Shown here: piece after piece, positions 31,913 through 40,324 of the stretch
Layout of the letters: the number at the start of each line of letters is the position of its first letter
Position numbering within the stretch: the stretch's first letter is position 1
Assembly (NCBI GenBank): GCA_050115555.1
Contig: JASFQI010000002.1
Span: forward strand, 1 to 45,961
Length of the DNA: 45,961 nucleotides
Origin: Desulfobacteraceae bacterium
GTDB taxonomy: Bacteria > Desulfobacterota > DSM-4660 > Desulfatiglandales > HGW-15
Direction: 5' to 3'
Notes under the pieces: model-generated
Databases searched by the model: none
Told to the model about the DNA's origin: nothing
Seen by the model: the letters and a program-made list of their open reading frames with translations, nothing else
Translations under genes and position numbers: made by a program

Positions 31913-32758
31913 ATGATTGTTGACGCGCACGTTCACATTTTCCCCCGCGTGTTTCGAGAGAACCGGGAAGACCTGTTTGACGGGGAGCCCGCCTTTGAGC
32001 TCCTCTACCGCCCTTCGAACGCCCGCCTTGCCGGTTGCGAGGCGCTTGTTCAGGACATGGACCGGCACGGCGTGGATCGCGCCGTGGTCTTCGGGTTTCC
32101 CTGGGAGCGAAAGGATACCTACCAAAGGCACAACGACTACATCCTGGAGGCGGTGACGCGATATCCTGACCGCCTGGTGGGCCTGGGTTGTTTTTCCCTA
32201 TCCGCAAAGGGCTGCGCCCGGGAGGCGGAGCGCTGCCTCGAGGCCGGGCTTGCCGGTGTGGGGGAGCTTGCCGTGTATGACGCGGGATTCTCCGCAAGCG
32301 CTCTTCCGGAATTGAACGAGGTCATGTCGGCCTGCGCGGAACGGAACGCCCCCCTGCTCCTCCATACGAACGAGCCGGTGGGACATGTGTATCCGGGGAA
32401 AACCGCCATGGCGCTGGGTGAGCTTTATGCGTTTCTCAAGGCCTATCCGCAAAACCGCCTCATTCTGGCCCACTGGGGAGGAGGGTTGTTCTTCTACAGG
32501 CTGATGAAAAAGGAGGTCCAGGACGTCCTGAAAAACGTCTGGTTCGACACGGCCGCCTCTCCCTTCCTTTACAGGCCCGACATCTACCGAATCGCAATGG
32601 ATATCGTGGGTTATGAGCGGATTCTTTTCGGTTCCGACTACCCCCTGATTCAGCCCGACCGTTACTTCCGTGAACTCGAGCAGGCCGGCCTTCCGGCGGA
32701 GGCGGTCCGCGGAATCACCGGCGAAAACGCCGAGTCGGTCTTCGGTCTGTCGGGCTGA
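31913..32758 (+). CDS. Amidohydrolase-family (TIM-barrel metal-dependent hydrolase) protein
   Basis: 281 aa. Has the MIVDAHVHIFP metal-binding HxH, internal HTNEP and a C-terminal FGSDYP motif. Confidence 0.78.
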   Translation: MIVDAHVHIFPRVFRENREDLFDGEPAFELLYRPSNARLAGCEALVQDMDRHGVDRAVVFGFPWERKDTYQRHNDYILEAVTRYPDRLVGLGCFSLSAKGCAREAERCLEAGLAGVGELAVYDAGFSASALPELNEVMSACAERNAPLLLHTNEPVGHVYPGKTAMALGELYAFLKAYPQNRLILAHWGGGLFFYRLMKKEVQDVLKNVWFDTAASPFLYRPDIYRIAMDIVGYERILFGSDYPLIQPDRYFRELEQAGLPAEAVRGITGENAESVFGLSG

Positions 32759-32772
32759 GCCCTTCGCTCTCC

Positions 32773-32788
32773 TGGCATACTTGTTGCT
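32773..32788 (+). promoter_or_regulatory. Candidate sigma-54 (-24/-12) promoter
   Basis: TGGCAT-ACTTG-TTGCT has exactly the consensus TGGCAC-N5-TTGC spacing. It lies 15 nt after the amidohydrolase stop and 345 nt upstream of the first MotB-like gene. Confidence 0.45.
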
Positions 32789-32937
32789 ATTCATAAGGAG
32801 GGGATATCCCCGCTCCACGTGAGTTCCTGTGCGAAGCGCAGCCGGGAAACGCCCCAGGGCCCGCCCTGTCGGCCGTTTCGGGCGGACAGGATTCGGCGGG
32901 GCCTGGGGCAGGTCATGTTGACGCTCTGCGGCGAAGA

Positions 32938-33040
32938 ATTGACGGTCTCGCAAAAACTTGCTCGACCGCCTGTTGGCCACACTTAAGTCGCTGGAATCGT
33001 TAGAGGCAAATCTCTAGGTCTCGGCTTTTTGCGACTCCAT
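32938..33040. repeat. Copy B of the ~103-nt dispersed element (inverted relative to copy A)
   Basis: See copy A. It lies 94 nt upstream of the ATG at 33134. Confidence 0.8.
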
Positions 33041-33133
33041 CAGAATGGACATGGCGGTTCCTTGCACGTGCCGGATCGATGCCCCGGTGCCCGAAAAATG
33101 CACATCCTTGGGGCCGGGGCTCGGAGAGGCAAT

Positions 33134-33925
33134 ATGGCAGGCAAAAAAGACGATCAGTCGAAGATGGATACCAACGCGTGGATGACCACGTACACGGACT
33201 TGACCACGCTCCTGCTCACGTTTTTTGTCCTTCTGCTGAGCATCGCCAGCATCGACGAGAAAAACAAGCGTGTTGCCCTCAACTCCCTGGTCGGGGCCTT
33301 TGGGTTCAAACCCGGAGCGCACTCCATCATCGGCAGCCCCGAAGGCATGAACATCACCCTGGGCGCGGTCCCCATGAAGAAGGAGGAGATCAGCTTTGAG
33401 AAGCTTCAAAACGTGGTGATCAAGAACACGCTGGAGCAGGAAGTGGAGGTGGTCCGGGAGGGCGATCGGGTGGTTCTCTCCCTGGGAAACCGCGTGCTCT
33501 TCGAGGAGGGCTCGGCCGAGATTCGGGAATCGACGGCCTCCTTTCTCGCCGAGTTGGGTGATGTGTTGCGTGAGGACGACCCCAGCCTCATCGAGTTACG
33601 GGGTTTTGCCGCACACGCCGAGACCGTGTTCGAGACGGACCCTGCGCGATCCGGCCTGATCCTCTCCACACAACGCGCCCTGGCCGTCTTCCAGTTCTTT
33701 GCGGAGCGGAGCGACATCCCCTCCGATGCCATGGTCGCCCATGGGTTCGGCAAGCCTGCGCCGTTCAACCGCGGGAAGAAAAAGAAGGGGCGACTCAACC
33801 GCCAGGTGCAGATCATTCTCGATTTCGAGCAGGAAATTCCGTATCGGCTCAAGAAAAGGACCGGAGATTCTATTCTCGACTTCAAGGGATTCCTGTTCCG
33901 GTTCCCGGGGAACATGCATGAGTAG
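33134..33925 (+). CDS. MotB-like / OmpA-family protein 1
   Basis: ATG 33134 follows GGAGAGG. The N-terminus NAWMTTYTDLTTLLLTFFVLLLS is a MotB-type TM helix with the conserved Asp. The C-terminal OmpA-like region is degenerate (LNRQVQIIL). Confidence 0.75.
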   Translation: MAGKKDDQSKMDTNAWMTTYTDLTTLLLTFFVLLLSIASIDEKNKRVALNSLVGAFGFKPGAHSIIGSPEGMNITLGAVPMKKEEISFEKLQNVVIKNTLEQEVEVVREGDRVVLSLGNRVLFEEGSAEIRESTASFLAELGDVLREDDPSLIELRGFAAHAETVFETDPARSGLILSTQRALAVFQFFAERSDIPSDAMVAHGFGKPAPFNRGKKKKGRLNRQVQIILDFEQEIPYRLKKRTGDSILDFKGFLFRFPGNMHE

Positions 33926-34661
33926 GAAAGGCAAAAAGGGCGAGTCAGATGAGGGCGGGACCTCGGCGTGGATGGTCACGTTTTCCGATCTCTCTACCCT
34001 GCTCCTGACGTTTTTCGTGTTACTGCTCTCCATGTCCTCCATGGACGAACGCAAGCTCAAGAGCCTCATGAGTAACTTCACGAGCAGTTGCGGCATCCTT
34101 CTTTTCAAGGAGTATGGCGAAATCTACCATCCCAAGGAGGTGATGATCGAGGGCATCACGGCAAAGCTCAAGGATACCCTCGTTGTTCGAAAGGCCGATG
34201 ACCCCATGGACGACCTTTCCGCCGACATGGAAGACGAACTGCTCAAGAAGGCGGGCGGAAAACTTGAAATCGAGTATTTCAAGGAGGGGTTCAAGCTTGT
34301 GTTCGGGGACGGGCTTCTCTTTGGATCGGGAAGCGCCGAGATTCTGGAGGACATGAAGCCCGTCTTGAAAAAGGTCGTCCGCTTCATGCGATACACGGAC
34401 TACCAGGTCTACATCGACGGCCATACGGACGACATCCCGATTCGAGGCAGCGGTGGGGAGTATGCTTCGAATCAGGCACTTTCCCAGGCGCGGGCCATGG
34501 CCATTCGTGACTATTTCCTCGAAGGGGATGACCCTCCCGAAGCGGACATTGCGCTGATCGGCTACGGTGCGTTGAAACCGGTTGCTCCCAACGACACACC
34601 GGACGGGAGGAGCAAAAACCGCCGCGTGGAGGTGATCTTCAAGAACAAGAAGTACTTCTAA
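33918..34661 (+). CDS. MotB-like / OmpA-family protein 2
   Basis: ATG 33918 overlaps the gene 1 stop by 8 nt. Has SAWMVTFSDLSTLLLTFFVLLLS and the canonical OmpA/peptidoglycan-binding block GHTDDIPI...NQALSQARAMAIRDYF...NRRVEVIF. Confidence 0.82.
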   Translation: MSRKGKKGESDEGGTSAWMVTFSDLSTLLLTFFVLLLSMSSMDERKLKSLMSNFTSSCGILLFKEYGEIYHPKEVMIEGITAKLKDTLVVRKADDPMDDLSADMEDELLKKAGGKLEIEYFKEGFKLVFGDGLLFGSGSAEILEDMKPVLKKVVRFMRYTDYQVYIDGHTDDIPIRGSGGEYASNQALSQARAMAIRDYFLEGDDPPEADIALIGYGALKPVAPNDTPDGRSKNRRVEVIFKNKKYF

Positions 34662-35987
34662 CTATCTCTTGCCTTTACCCTCGCGTTTTCTCAAAAAAAG
34701 GCGAATGGGGATCTTTTCGAGGCCGAAGCGTTTTCGAAGCTGATTGGCCAGGAAACGCCGGTAGGAGACGTGGACGAGATCCGGGCGATTCATGAAAACC
34801 ACAAAGGTTGGAGGGCGAACACCGGCCTGGGTGGCGTAGTAGAGCTTGACCGTACCGCGACCCGCTCGAGGCGGGGGTTTGTGATCCAGGATGTCGGCCA
34901 CGGCCCGGTTTACATCTCCGGTCCCGATTCGCCTGCAAAAGGGCTCCCAGATCCCTTCGATGATCGGCATTAGACGGTTCACCCGTTCCCCGGTCAGGGC
35001 GGAGATCCTCAGGGTGGGTGCAAAGGAGACAAAGCCCAGCTGTCGATCCATGGATGCCTCGAAGACCCGTTTCCGTTCGGCGTCGCGTTTGACGAGATCC
35101 CATTTGTTTGCGGCCAACACCAGCGCCCGGCCCTTTTCCAGGGCATACCCGCAGATGCGTGCATCCTGCTCAGCCAGATCCTCGGAGGCATCCAGGAGCA
35201 CGACGGCTACGTGGCAGCGATCGAGGCTCTTGAGGGACTTGATCATGCTGACCGTATCGATACGCTCCCGGACACGCGATTTGCGCCGAAGGCCGGCCGT
35301 GTCGATCAGGAGGTAGTCTTTTCCCTGGAAGGCAAAGGGGGTGTCCACGGCGTCGCGCGTGGTACCTGGAAGGTCGCTGACCAGGAGCCGGTCGAGCCCC
35401 AGGATGCGATTGATCAACGAGGACTTTCCCACGTTTGGGCGACCGACCACGGCTACGCGGATGCGGTCGGGCTCCTCGTCCTCGCAGGCATCTTCGGAAA
35501 GCCCCTGCACCAGTTCGTCCATGAGGGATGCGAGCCCGTACCCATGAGCCGCTGAGAGGGGGTACACCCTTTCCATGCCCAGTTCATAGAAGTCCAGGGC
35601 CAAGGCATCATGCTCGGGACCGTCGATCTTATTGACCGCCAGGAGAACGGGCTTTTCGGACCTGCGCAGGAGATCTGCGATCTCCTTGTCTCCCGGTGAA
35701 ACGCCTTGTCGGCCGTCCACCATGAAAACCACGCATTCCGCTTCCTCAATGGCTCGCAGGACCTGGTTGCGCACGCTTTCAAGAAGGGGTTCGTCCTCCT
35801 GCGTGGCAAATCCCCCGGTGTCGGCAATGCGAAACGGGACTCCGTTCCAGCGGACGGAAGCGTAAAGACGATCCCGCGTGATGCCGGGGCGATCGTCCAC
35901 GAGGGCGTCCCGCGATCGGGTCAGGCGGTTGAACAGGGTGGACTTGCCCACATTCGGACGACCCACGATGGCGACAAGTGCGGTCAT
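34662..35987 (-). CDS. der: Ribosome-associated GTPase Der (EngA)
   Basis: Start at ATG 35987 (MTALVAIVGRPNVGKSTLFNRL). Two GTPase domains (the second has GRPNVGKSSLIN) plus a KH-like C-terminus. Its stop abuts the MotB-like 2 stop with 0 nt between. Confidence 0.94.
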   Translation of the reverse strand: MTALVAIVGRPNVGKSTLFNRLTRSRDALVDDRPGITRDRLYASVRWNGVPFRIADTGGFATQEDEPLLESVRNQVLRAIEEAECVVFMVDGRQGVSPGDKEIADLLRRSEKPVLLAVNKIDGPEHDALALDFYELGMERVYPLSAAHGYGLASLMDELVQGLSEDACEDEEPDRIRVAVVGRPNVGKSSLINRILGLDRLLVSDLPGTTRDAVDTPFAFQGKDYLLIDTAGLRRKSRVRERIDTVSMIKSLKSLDRCHVAVVLLDASEDLAEQDARICGYALEKGRALVLAANKWDLVKRDAERKRVFEASMDRQLGFVSFAPTLRISALTGERVNRLMPIIEGIWEPFCRRIGTGDVNRAVADILDHKPPPRAGRGTVKLYYATQAGVRPPTFVVFMNRPDLVHVSYRRFLANQLRKRFGLEKIPIRLFLRKREGKGKR

Positions 35988-36331
35988 GACGGCAACTCCG
36001 TTCGGGTCTTGACAGTCGGCTCGAGAAGATCCCATGGAAACGCTCTACAGGACCCGGGGCTGTTTTGCACTGTACGGACGATTCGTTCGAAGAGTCAACG
36101 GATTTCAGGTCAAAGCGATGCTGAAAAACCGGGAGTTTTTTCTCAAAGCACCGGGTGCGGCATAGCCGCAACCAAAGTGTTTCTCCATCCCTTTCTGCAT
36201 ACCCTATAGCAGGGAATCGGCGGTTCCAGACAGGACGTCCACGAACAGAGAAGGAGGGACACCCTTCACCCGATGCCCGGAGGCGGGGGGGTGGAAATCT
36301 CGTGTCCGATCGAGAGGCTGGTTGAGGGCTT

Positions 36332-36772
36332 TTAGGCCGTCAGGGGCGGGCTCCCCTGGGGCATGGAAAATACGGGGGGAGGGGCGTCCGGAGCGGGAGT
36401 GCCGGCGGCCTTGGAGCGGACGATGTCCAGGAGTTTCTGAAGGCGGATCGGTTTTGTGATCACGGTTTCAGCGATGCCTTCGCTCAGGATGCGCCGGGCC
36501 CTTGAGTCTCCCGGATTCCCCGTGAGCACCACAATTTTTGCTTCCGGATCCATGGACTTGATGCGGCAGGAGGCCTCATATCCATCCATTACAGGCATGG
36601 AGATGTCCATAAGGACCAGGTCAGGCATCAGTTCCTGGTATTGGTTCACGGCCTCTATGCCGTTGGAAGCCCATTGCACGTCTTTAAATCCGTCCAGGGA
36701 GAGGATTTCTGAAATAAGCTGGCTGATTGTGGAATCGTCGTCGACCACAAGAATGCGTACAACTTCCGTCAT
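36332..36772 (-). CDS. Single-domain response regulator with Pro/Ala-rich tail
   Basis: Start at ATG 36772 (MTEVVRILVVDDD). Has the LVLMDISMP phospho-acceptor, VLTGN and ITKPI. Confidence 0.88.
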   Translation of the reverse strand: MTEVVRILVVDDDSTISQLISEILSLDGFKDVQWASNGIEAVNQYQELMPDLVLMDISMPVMDGYEASCRIKSMDPEAKIVVLTGNPGDSRARRILSEGIAETVITKPIRLQKLLDIVRSKAAGTPAPDAPPPVFSMPQGSPPLTA

Positions 36773-36907
36773 TGCAAACTCCAATAGGATAATCGCAGGT
36801 TACGCGATAGCAGCCATAGGGTCGGCCGGCAAGTGGCCCGAAGGCATCCCATTTCATGCCGAAGAATCGAGTGTAATATAGAGGGTCCATAGACGAAATG
36901 TCAAGAT

Positions 36908-36947
36908 ATATTGTGTCCGGCCGGACATATTACCTAACATATTGTGT
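36908..36947. promoter_or_regulatory. 14-bp perfect palindrome flanked by a 9-nt direct repeat
   Basis: TGTCCGGCCGGACA at 36914-36927. ATATTGTGT occurs at 36908-36916 and again at 36939-36947. It lies in the divergent region between the receiver gene and pyrG. Confidence 0.45.
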
Positions 36948-37068
36948 TTTCGCGGATTTCCAAGGCACGTCCTCGAAGTCAAAGATCAGGAGCGTTTCTG
37001 GGCGGGATTTTTCCCCTGCAAGAGGCGTTACAGGGCCGCGGTTCCCTGAAAACGAGCGGCATTTTGGC

Positions 37069-37097
37069 TTGACTGCATAGAGCAATGGCTTTATGGT
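37069..37097 (+). promoter_or_regulatory. Candidate sigma-70 promoter for pyrG
   Basis: TTGACT (37069-37074), 17-nt spacer, TATGGT (37092-37097), about 100 nt upstream of ATG 37195. Confidence 0.45.
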
Positions 37098-37194
37098 CGT
37101 GGCGGATATCAGGGACCGGTTCGGTGCCCTGTCCTGTCTGAGCGGAATTTTGGACCCCCGCTTCGAATTTCTTACGGGGAACACTGTGAGCGAC

Positions 37195-38808
37195 ATGCCC
37201 ACTCAATACATCATCGTGACCGGCGGTGTGCTTTCCGGGCTCGGAAAGGGCATTGCCGCTGCCTCCATCGGCCACCTTCTCTCCTCTCGGCTCAAAATCA
37301 TTCCCATCAAGTGCGACGGGTACCTGAACGTCGATCCGGGAACCATGAACCCGTATGAGCACGGCGAGGTTTTCGTCCTCGACGACGGGGGCGAGGTGGA
37401 CATGGACTTCGGGCATTACGAGCGCTTTGTGGGTGTGACCTGCAAGTCCACGTGGAACCTCACCATGGGGAAGGTGTTTGACATGGTCCGCCAGAAGGAA
37501 CGCCGCGGCGATTACCTCGGCAAGACCGTTCAGTACATTCCCCATGTGACCGATGTGATCAAGGAGCACATCTTCACGGTGACCCGTGAGGAGTCGGCGG
37601 GTCTGGTCATCGTGGAGATCGGCGGGACTGTCGGAGATATCGAAAACGAGCTGTTCCTCGAGGCCATGCGTCAGATGCGGGAGGACGTCGGGCGTGAAAA
37701 CATCGCCTATGTTCACCTGACCTACGTACCCATCCCCCACGGCGTGAACGAGCAGAAGTCCAAGCCCACGCAGCAGAGCGTGAACCTCCTGAAACAGCGG
37801 GGCATTTTCCCGGATATCATCATCGGCCGATGCCAGACGTTCCTCACGCGCGAGATCAAGCAGAAGATCGCCAACTTCTGCGATGTGGCCCCCGAGGCGG
37901 TCATCACGGGTCTGGACGTGGAGGACATCTACGAAATCCCGCTCATCTTTGAGGACGAGGGCTTGGCTGAAATTCTGCACAAAAAGCTGAACATATACAG
38001 CCCTCCGATTTTGGGACGCTGGCGCGAGTATATCGAGAATCTTCGCCACCCCAAGCAGGAGATTACCGTGGCCATGTGCGGCAAGTACACGAAGCTTGAG
38101 GATTCCTACGCCTCCATCATCGAATCCTTCAACCACTGCGCCGCACACCTGAGCTGTAAGATCGACCTGAAGTGGGTGGAAACGTCGGAGTTGGAAGACA
38201 CGAACGAGCTCGAGGGCGTGGATGGAGTGGTCGTGCCCGGCGGGTTCGGCACCCGGGGCACCGAGGGTAAGATTCAAGTGATTCGGCGGGTCCGGGAGCG
38301 CAAGATTCCCTACCTGGGTCTGTGCCTGGGAATGCAATTGGCCGTGAGCGAGTTTGCCCGGAACGTCTGCGACCTCGAAGGCGCGAACTCCACGGAGTTC
38401 GATTCTCAGACTCCCCACCCGGTTATCGACATCCTGCCGGAACAGCGGGATGTGGTGGACAAGGGCGGAACCATGCGGCTCGGGGCTTACAAGGCGCTGC
38501 TCAAAAAGGGAACGGTTGTACAGCGCCTGTATCGGGCCTCAGTCGCGTCCGAGCGGCACCGCCACCGCTATGAGGTGAATCCCGCGTATCACGATTTGCT
38601 CCAGGACCACGGCATGGTGTTTTCGGGGCTCTCCGAGGACGGAAGGCTCGTGGAGTTCATCGAGCTTCCGGATCATCCGTTTTTCGTGGCCACCCAGGCC
38701 CATCCCGAGCTCAAATCCCGAATGGAGAAGCCCGCCCCGCTCTTTTTCGGCTTTGTCCAGGCCTGCCTGAAGAAGAAAGCCGAGTCGCCCGAAGAGCCCG
38801 CCTGTTGA
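37195..38808 (+). CDS. pyrG: CTP synthase
   Basis: Start at ATG 37195 (MPTQYIIVTGGVLSGLGKGI), not the track start 37093. Glutamine amidotransferase motif GLCLGMQ and HRHRYEVN. Confidence 0.96.
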   Translation: MPTQYIIVTGGVLSGLGKGIAAASIGHLLSSRLKIIPIKCDGYLNVDPGTMNPYEHGEVFVLDDGGEVDMDFGHYERFVGVTCKSTWNLTMGKVFDMVRQKERRGDYLGKTVQYIPHVTDVIKEHIFTVTREESAGLVIVEIGGTVGDIENELFLEAMRQMREDVGRENIAYVHLTYVPIPHGVNEQKSKPTQQSVNLLKQRGIFPDIIIGRCQTFLTREIKQKIANFCDVAPEAVITGLDVEDIYEIPLIFEDEGLAEILHKKLNIYSPPILGRWREYIENLRHPKQEITVAMCGKYTKLEDSYASIIESFNHCAAHLSCKIDLKWVETSELEDTNELEGVDGVVVPGGFGTRGTEGKIQVIRRVRERKIPYLGLCLGMQLAVSEFARNVCDLEGANSTEFDSQTPHPVIDILPEQRDVVDKGGTMRLGAYKALLKKGTVVQRLYRASVASERHRHRYEVNPAYHDLLQDHGMVFSGLSEDGRLVEFIELPDHPFFVATQAHPELKSRMEKPAPLFFGFVQACLKKKAESPEEPAC

Positions 38809-38948
38809 TCCGTCAGGCTCTGCAGACTTCAAGCCTTTCACTGAGCGATCCAGGATCCAGGAAAATCCCCTACGAAAGCGCTCCGTGCCCATCGAATCTT
38901 CCCTCTCTTGCAAGTCAGAATTCATGAGGGCTGGATCCGGAATTTTTT

Positions 38949-39010
38949 CACCATCACCAACACCTACACATACACGGTCAATCAGGTTCCTATCCCAAGG
39001 TTCAAGTTCC
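38949..39010 (+). repeat. CACC-rich pyrimidine low-complexity island with dispersed 21-mer
   Basis: The sequence is tcaccatcaccaacacctacacatacac, with further sequence running on to ccaaggttcaagttccc. 38955-38975 is the reverse complement of 12584-12604 (20/21). Confidence 0.75.
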
Positions 39011-39205
39011 CTACAAAAGCAAGGTGGACGAGGCCGAGGCCATTCGTTAGGATAGGACCATCCACAAACGGGTTTGATTCAGCCCTGTTTCCAATTCCAA
39101 ATGCGTCTTGTCGCTACCGAACGATGCGCCAGGCTTGCTCGAGAAAGAACGGGTAGATTCCTTTTCGAGCACGCGAGGACAAACGCTGCTGCGAGGCGGA
39201 GGGTC

Positions 39206-40309
39206 ATGAGAGAGAAGGAATGGAAAAAGAGGTATCACGTGGGGAAGATTTCAACAGGCCTTGTTCTGATGGTGCTCATTCTGGCAGGAGCGGATGGGAT
39301 CTCGGCCCAACCTGAGCAGGCACCGGAGTCGGCCCCGGTACGTGCGACCCCGGCGATACGGAGGGAGGTGAAACCGTACGTCCGCCTGATCGGCACGAGT
39401 GGGGCTTTTCGGAGGAGCGTGGTGGCCTCCGAGGTGGAAGGCCGCGTGGTGGCGATGGAGGCCCGCCGCGCGCAGGCTGTAGACCGGAACGGTGTATTGG
39501 CCCGCATCGACCGGACGCGATGGGCCCTTCAACTCAAGCAGGCCAGGGCCGAGCTGCGAGAGGTGCAGCAGACCTATCAGAATGCTGTTCTGGAATTGAA
39601 ACGCACCCGGACGCTTTATCAGGAGAAGAGCGTCTCCAGCCGGCAGTATGACGATGCGCGGTTCCAGGCCTCTGCCCTGGAGAACCGCATTGCGGCGCTC
39701 CAGGCCCGCATCGAATCCATCGAGTTCGACCTGACGCGATGCGTTGTGCGGGCTCCGTTTGCCGGCTTTGTGGTGGAGGAGTACACAGAGGAAGGGGAGT
39801 GGGCTAAGGAGGGTGGTGCGATCGCTGAGATCGTGGATATCGATCCCCTCCTGGTGACAGTCCCTGTGCCGGACCGATACGTTCAGCACGTGGCTCCAGA
39901 CCAGACGTTCGCCATTCGTTTCCAGGGGCTGAACCGGGAGAGTGAGCAGGAGGGCACTGTGCGGGGCGTCGTACCCAAGGGGAACGAGGCGGCTCGAACG
40001 TTTCCTGTGGAGATCCTGGTGCCCAATCCCGAAGGAGACTTGTTCGCGGGCCTCTCCTGTGAGGTGCGCATTCCGGTGGGGCCGGCAGAGTCTCGTCTTC
40101 TTGTGCACAAGGATGCCGTCGTGGCCGGAGGCGAGGGCTATCATATCTTTGTGGTGCGGGAAGGGAGGGCCGTATTCGTGCCTGTGGAAAAGGGGCCGGC
40201 CTATGAGGGCTTTGTCGCCGTCCGTGGCGAGGTGCGTGACACGGAGCCCGTGGTGACAGAGGGCAATGAGCGGCTTCGACCCGACCAGCCGGTCCATATA
40301 CTCGACTGA
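39206..40309 (+). CDS. RND efflux periplasmic adaptor (membrane fusion protein, HlyD family)
   Basis: ATG 39206 follows GGAGGG. N-terminal TM/signal segment ISTGLVLMVLILAGA, a coiled-coil hairpin (LKQARAELREVQQTYQNAVLELKRTRTLYQ) and beta-barrel domains. Confidence 0.88.
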   Translation: MREKEWKKRYHVGKISTGLVLMVLILAGADGISAQPEQAPESAPVRATPAIRREVKPYVRLIGTSGAFRRSVVASEVEGRVVAMEARRAQAVDRNGVLARIDRTRWALQLKQARAELREVQQTYQNAVLELKRTRTLYQEKSVSSRQYDDARFQASALENRIAALQARIESIEFDLTRCVVRAPFAGFVVEEYTEEGEWAKEGGAIAEIVDIDPLLVTVPVPDRYVQHVAPDQTFAIRFQGLNRESEQEGTVRGVVPKGNEAARTFPVEILVPNPEGDLFAGLSCEVRIPVGPAESRLLVHKDAVVAGGEGYHIFVVREGRAVFVPVEKGPAYEGFVAVRGEVRDTEPVVTEGNERLRPDQPVHILD

Positions 40310-40324
40310 TGGGAGGAGGGGTGC

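Noticed and set aside
27461-33040. A composite transposon or invertible cassette bounded by the 103-nt inverted elements
   Set aside because: There is no transposase, integrase or invertase inside or adjacent. No obvious target-site duplication is visible at the outer ends. The enclosed genes look like ordinary chromosomal genes with the same composition as the flanks. This is kept only as an alternative to be excluded with long reads.
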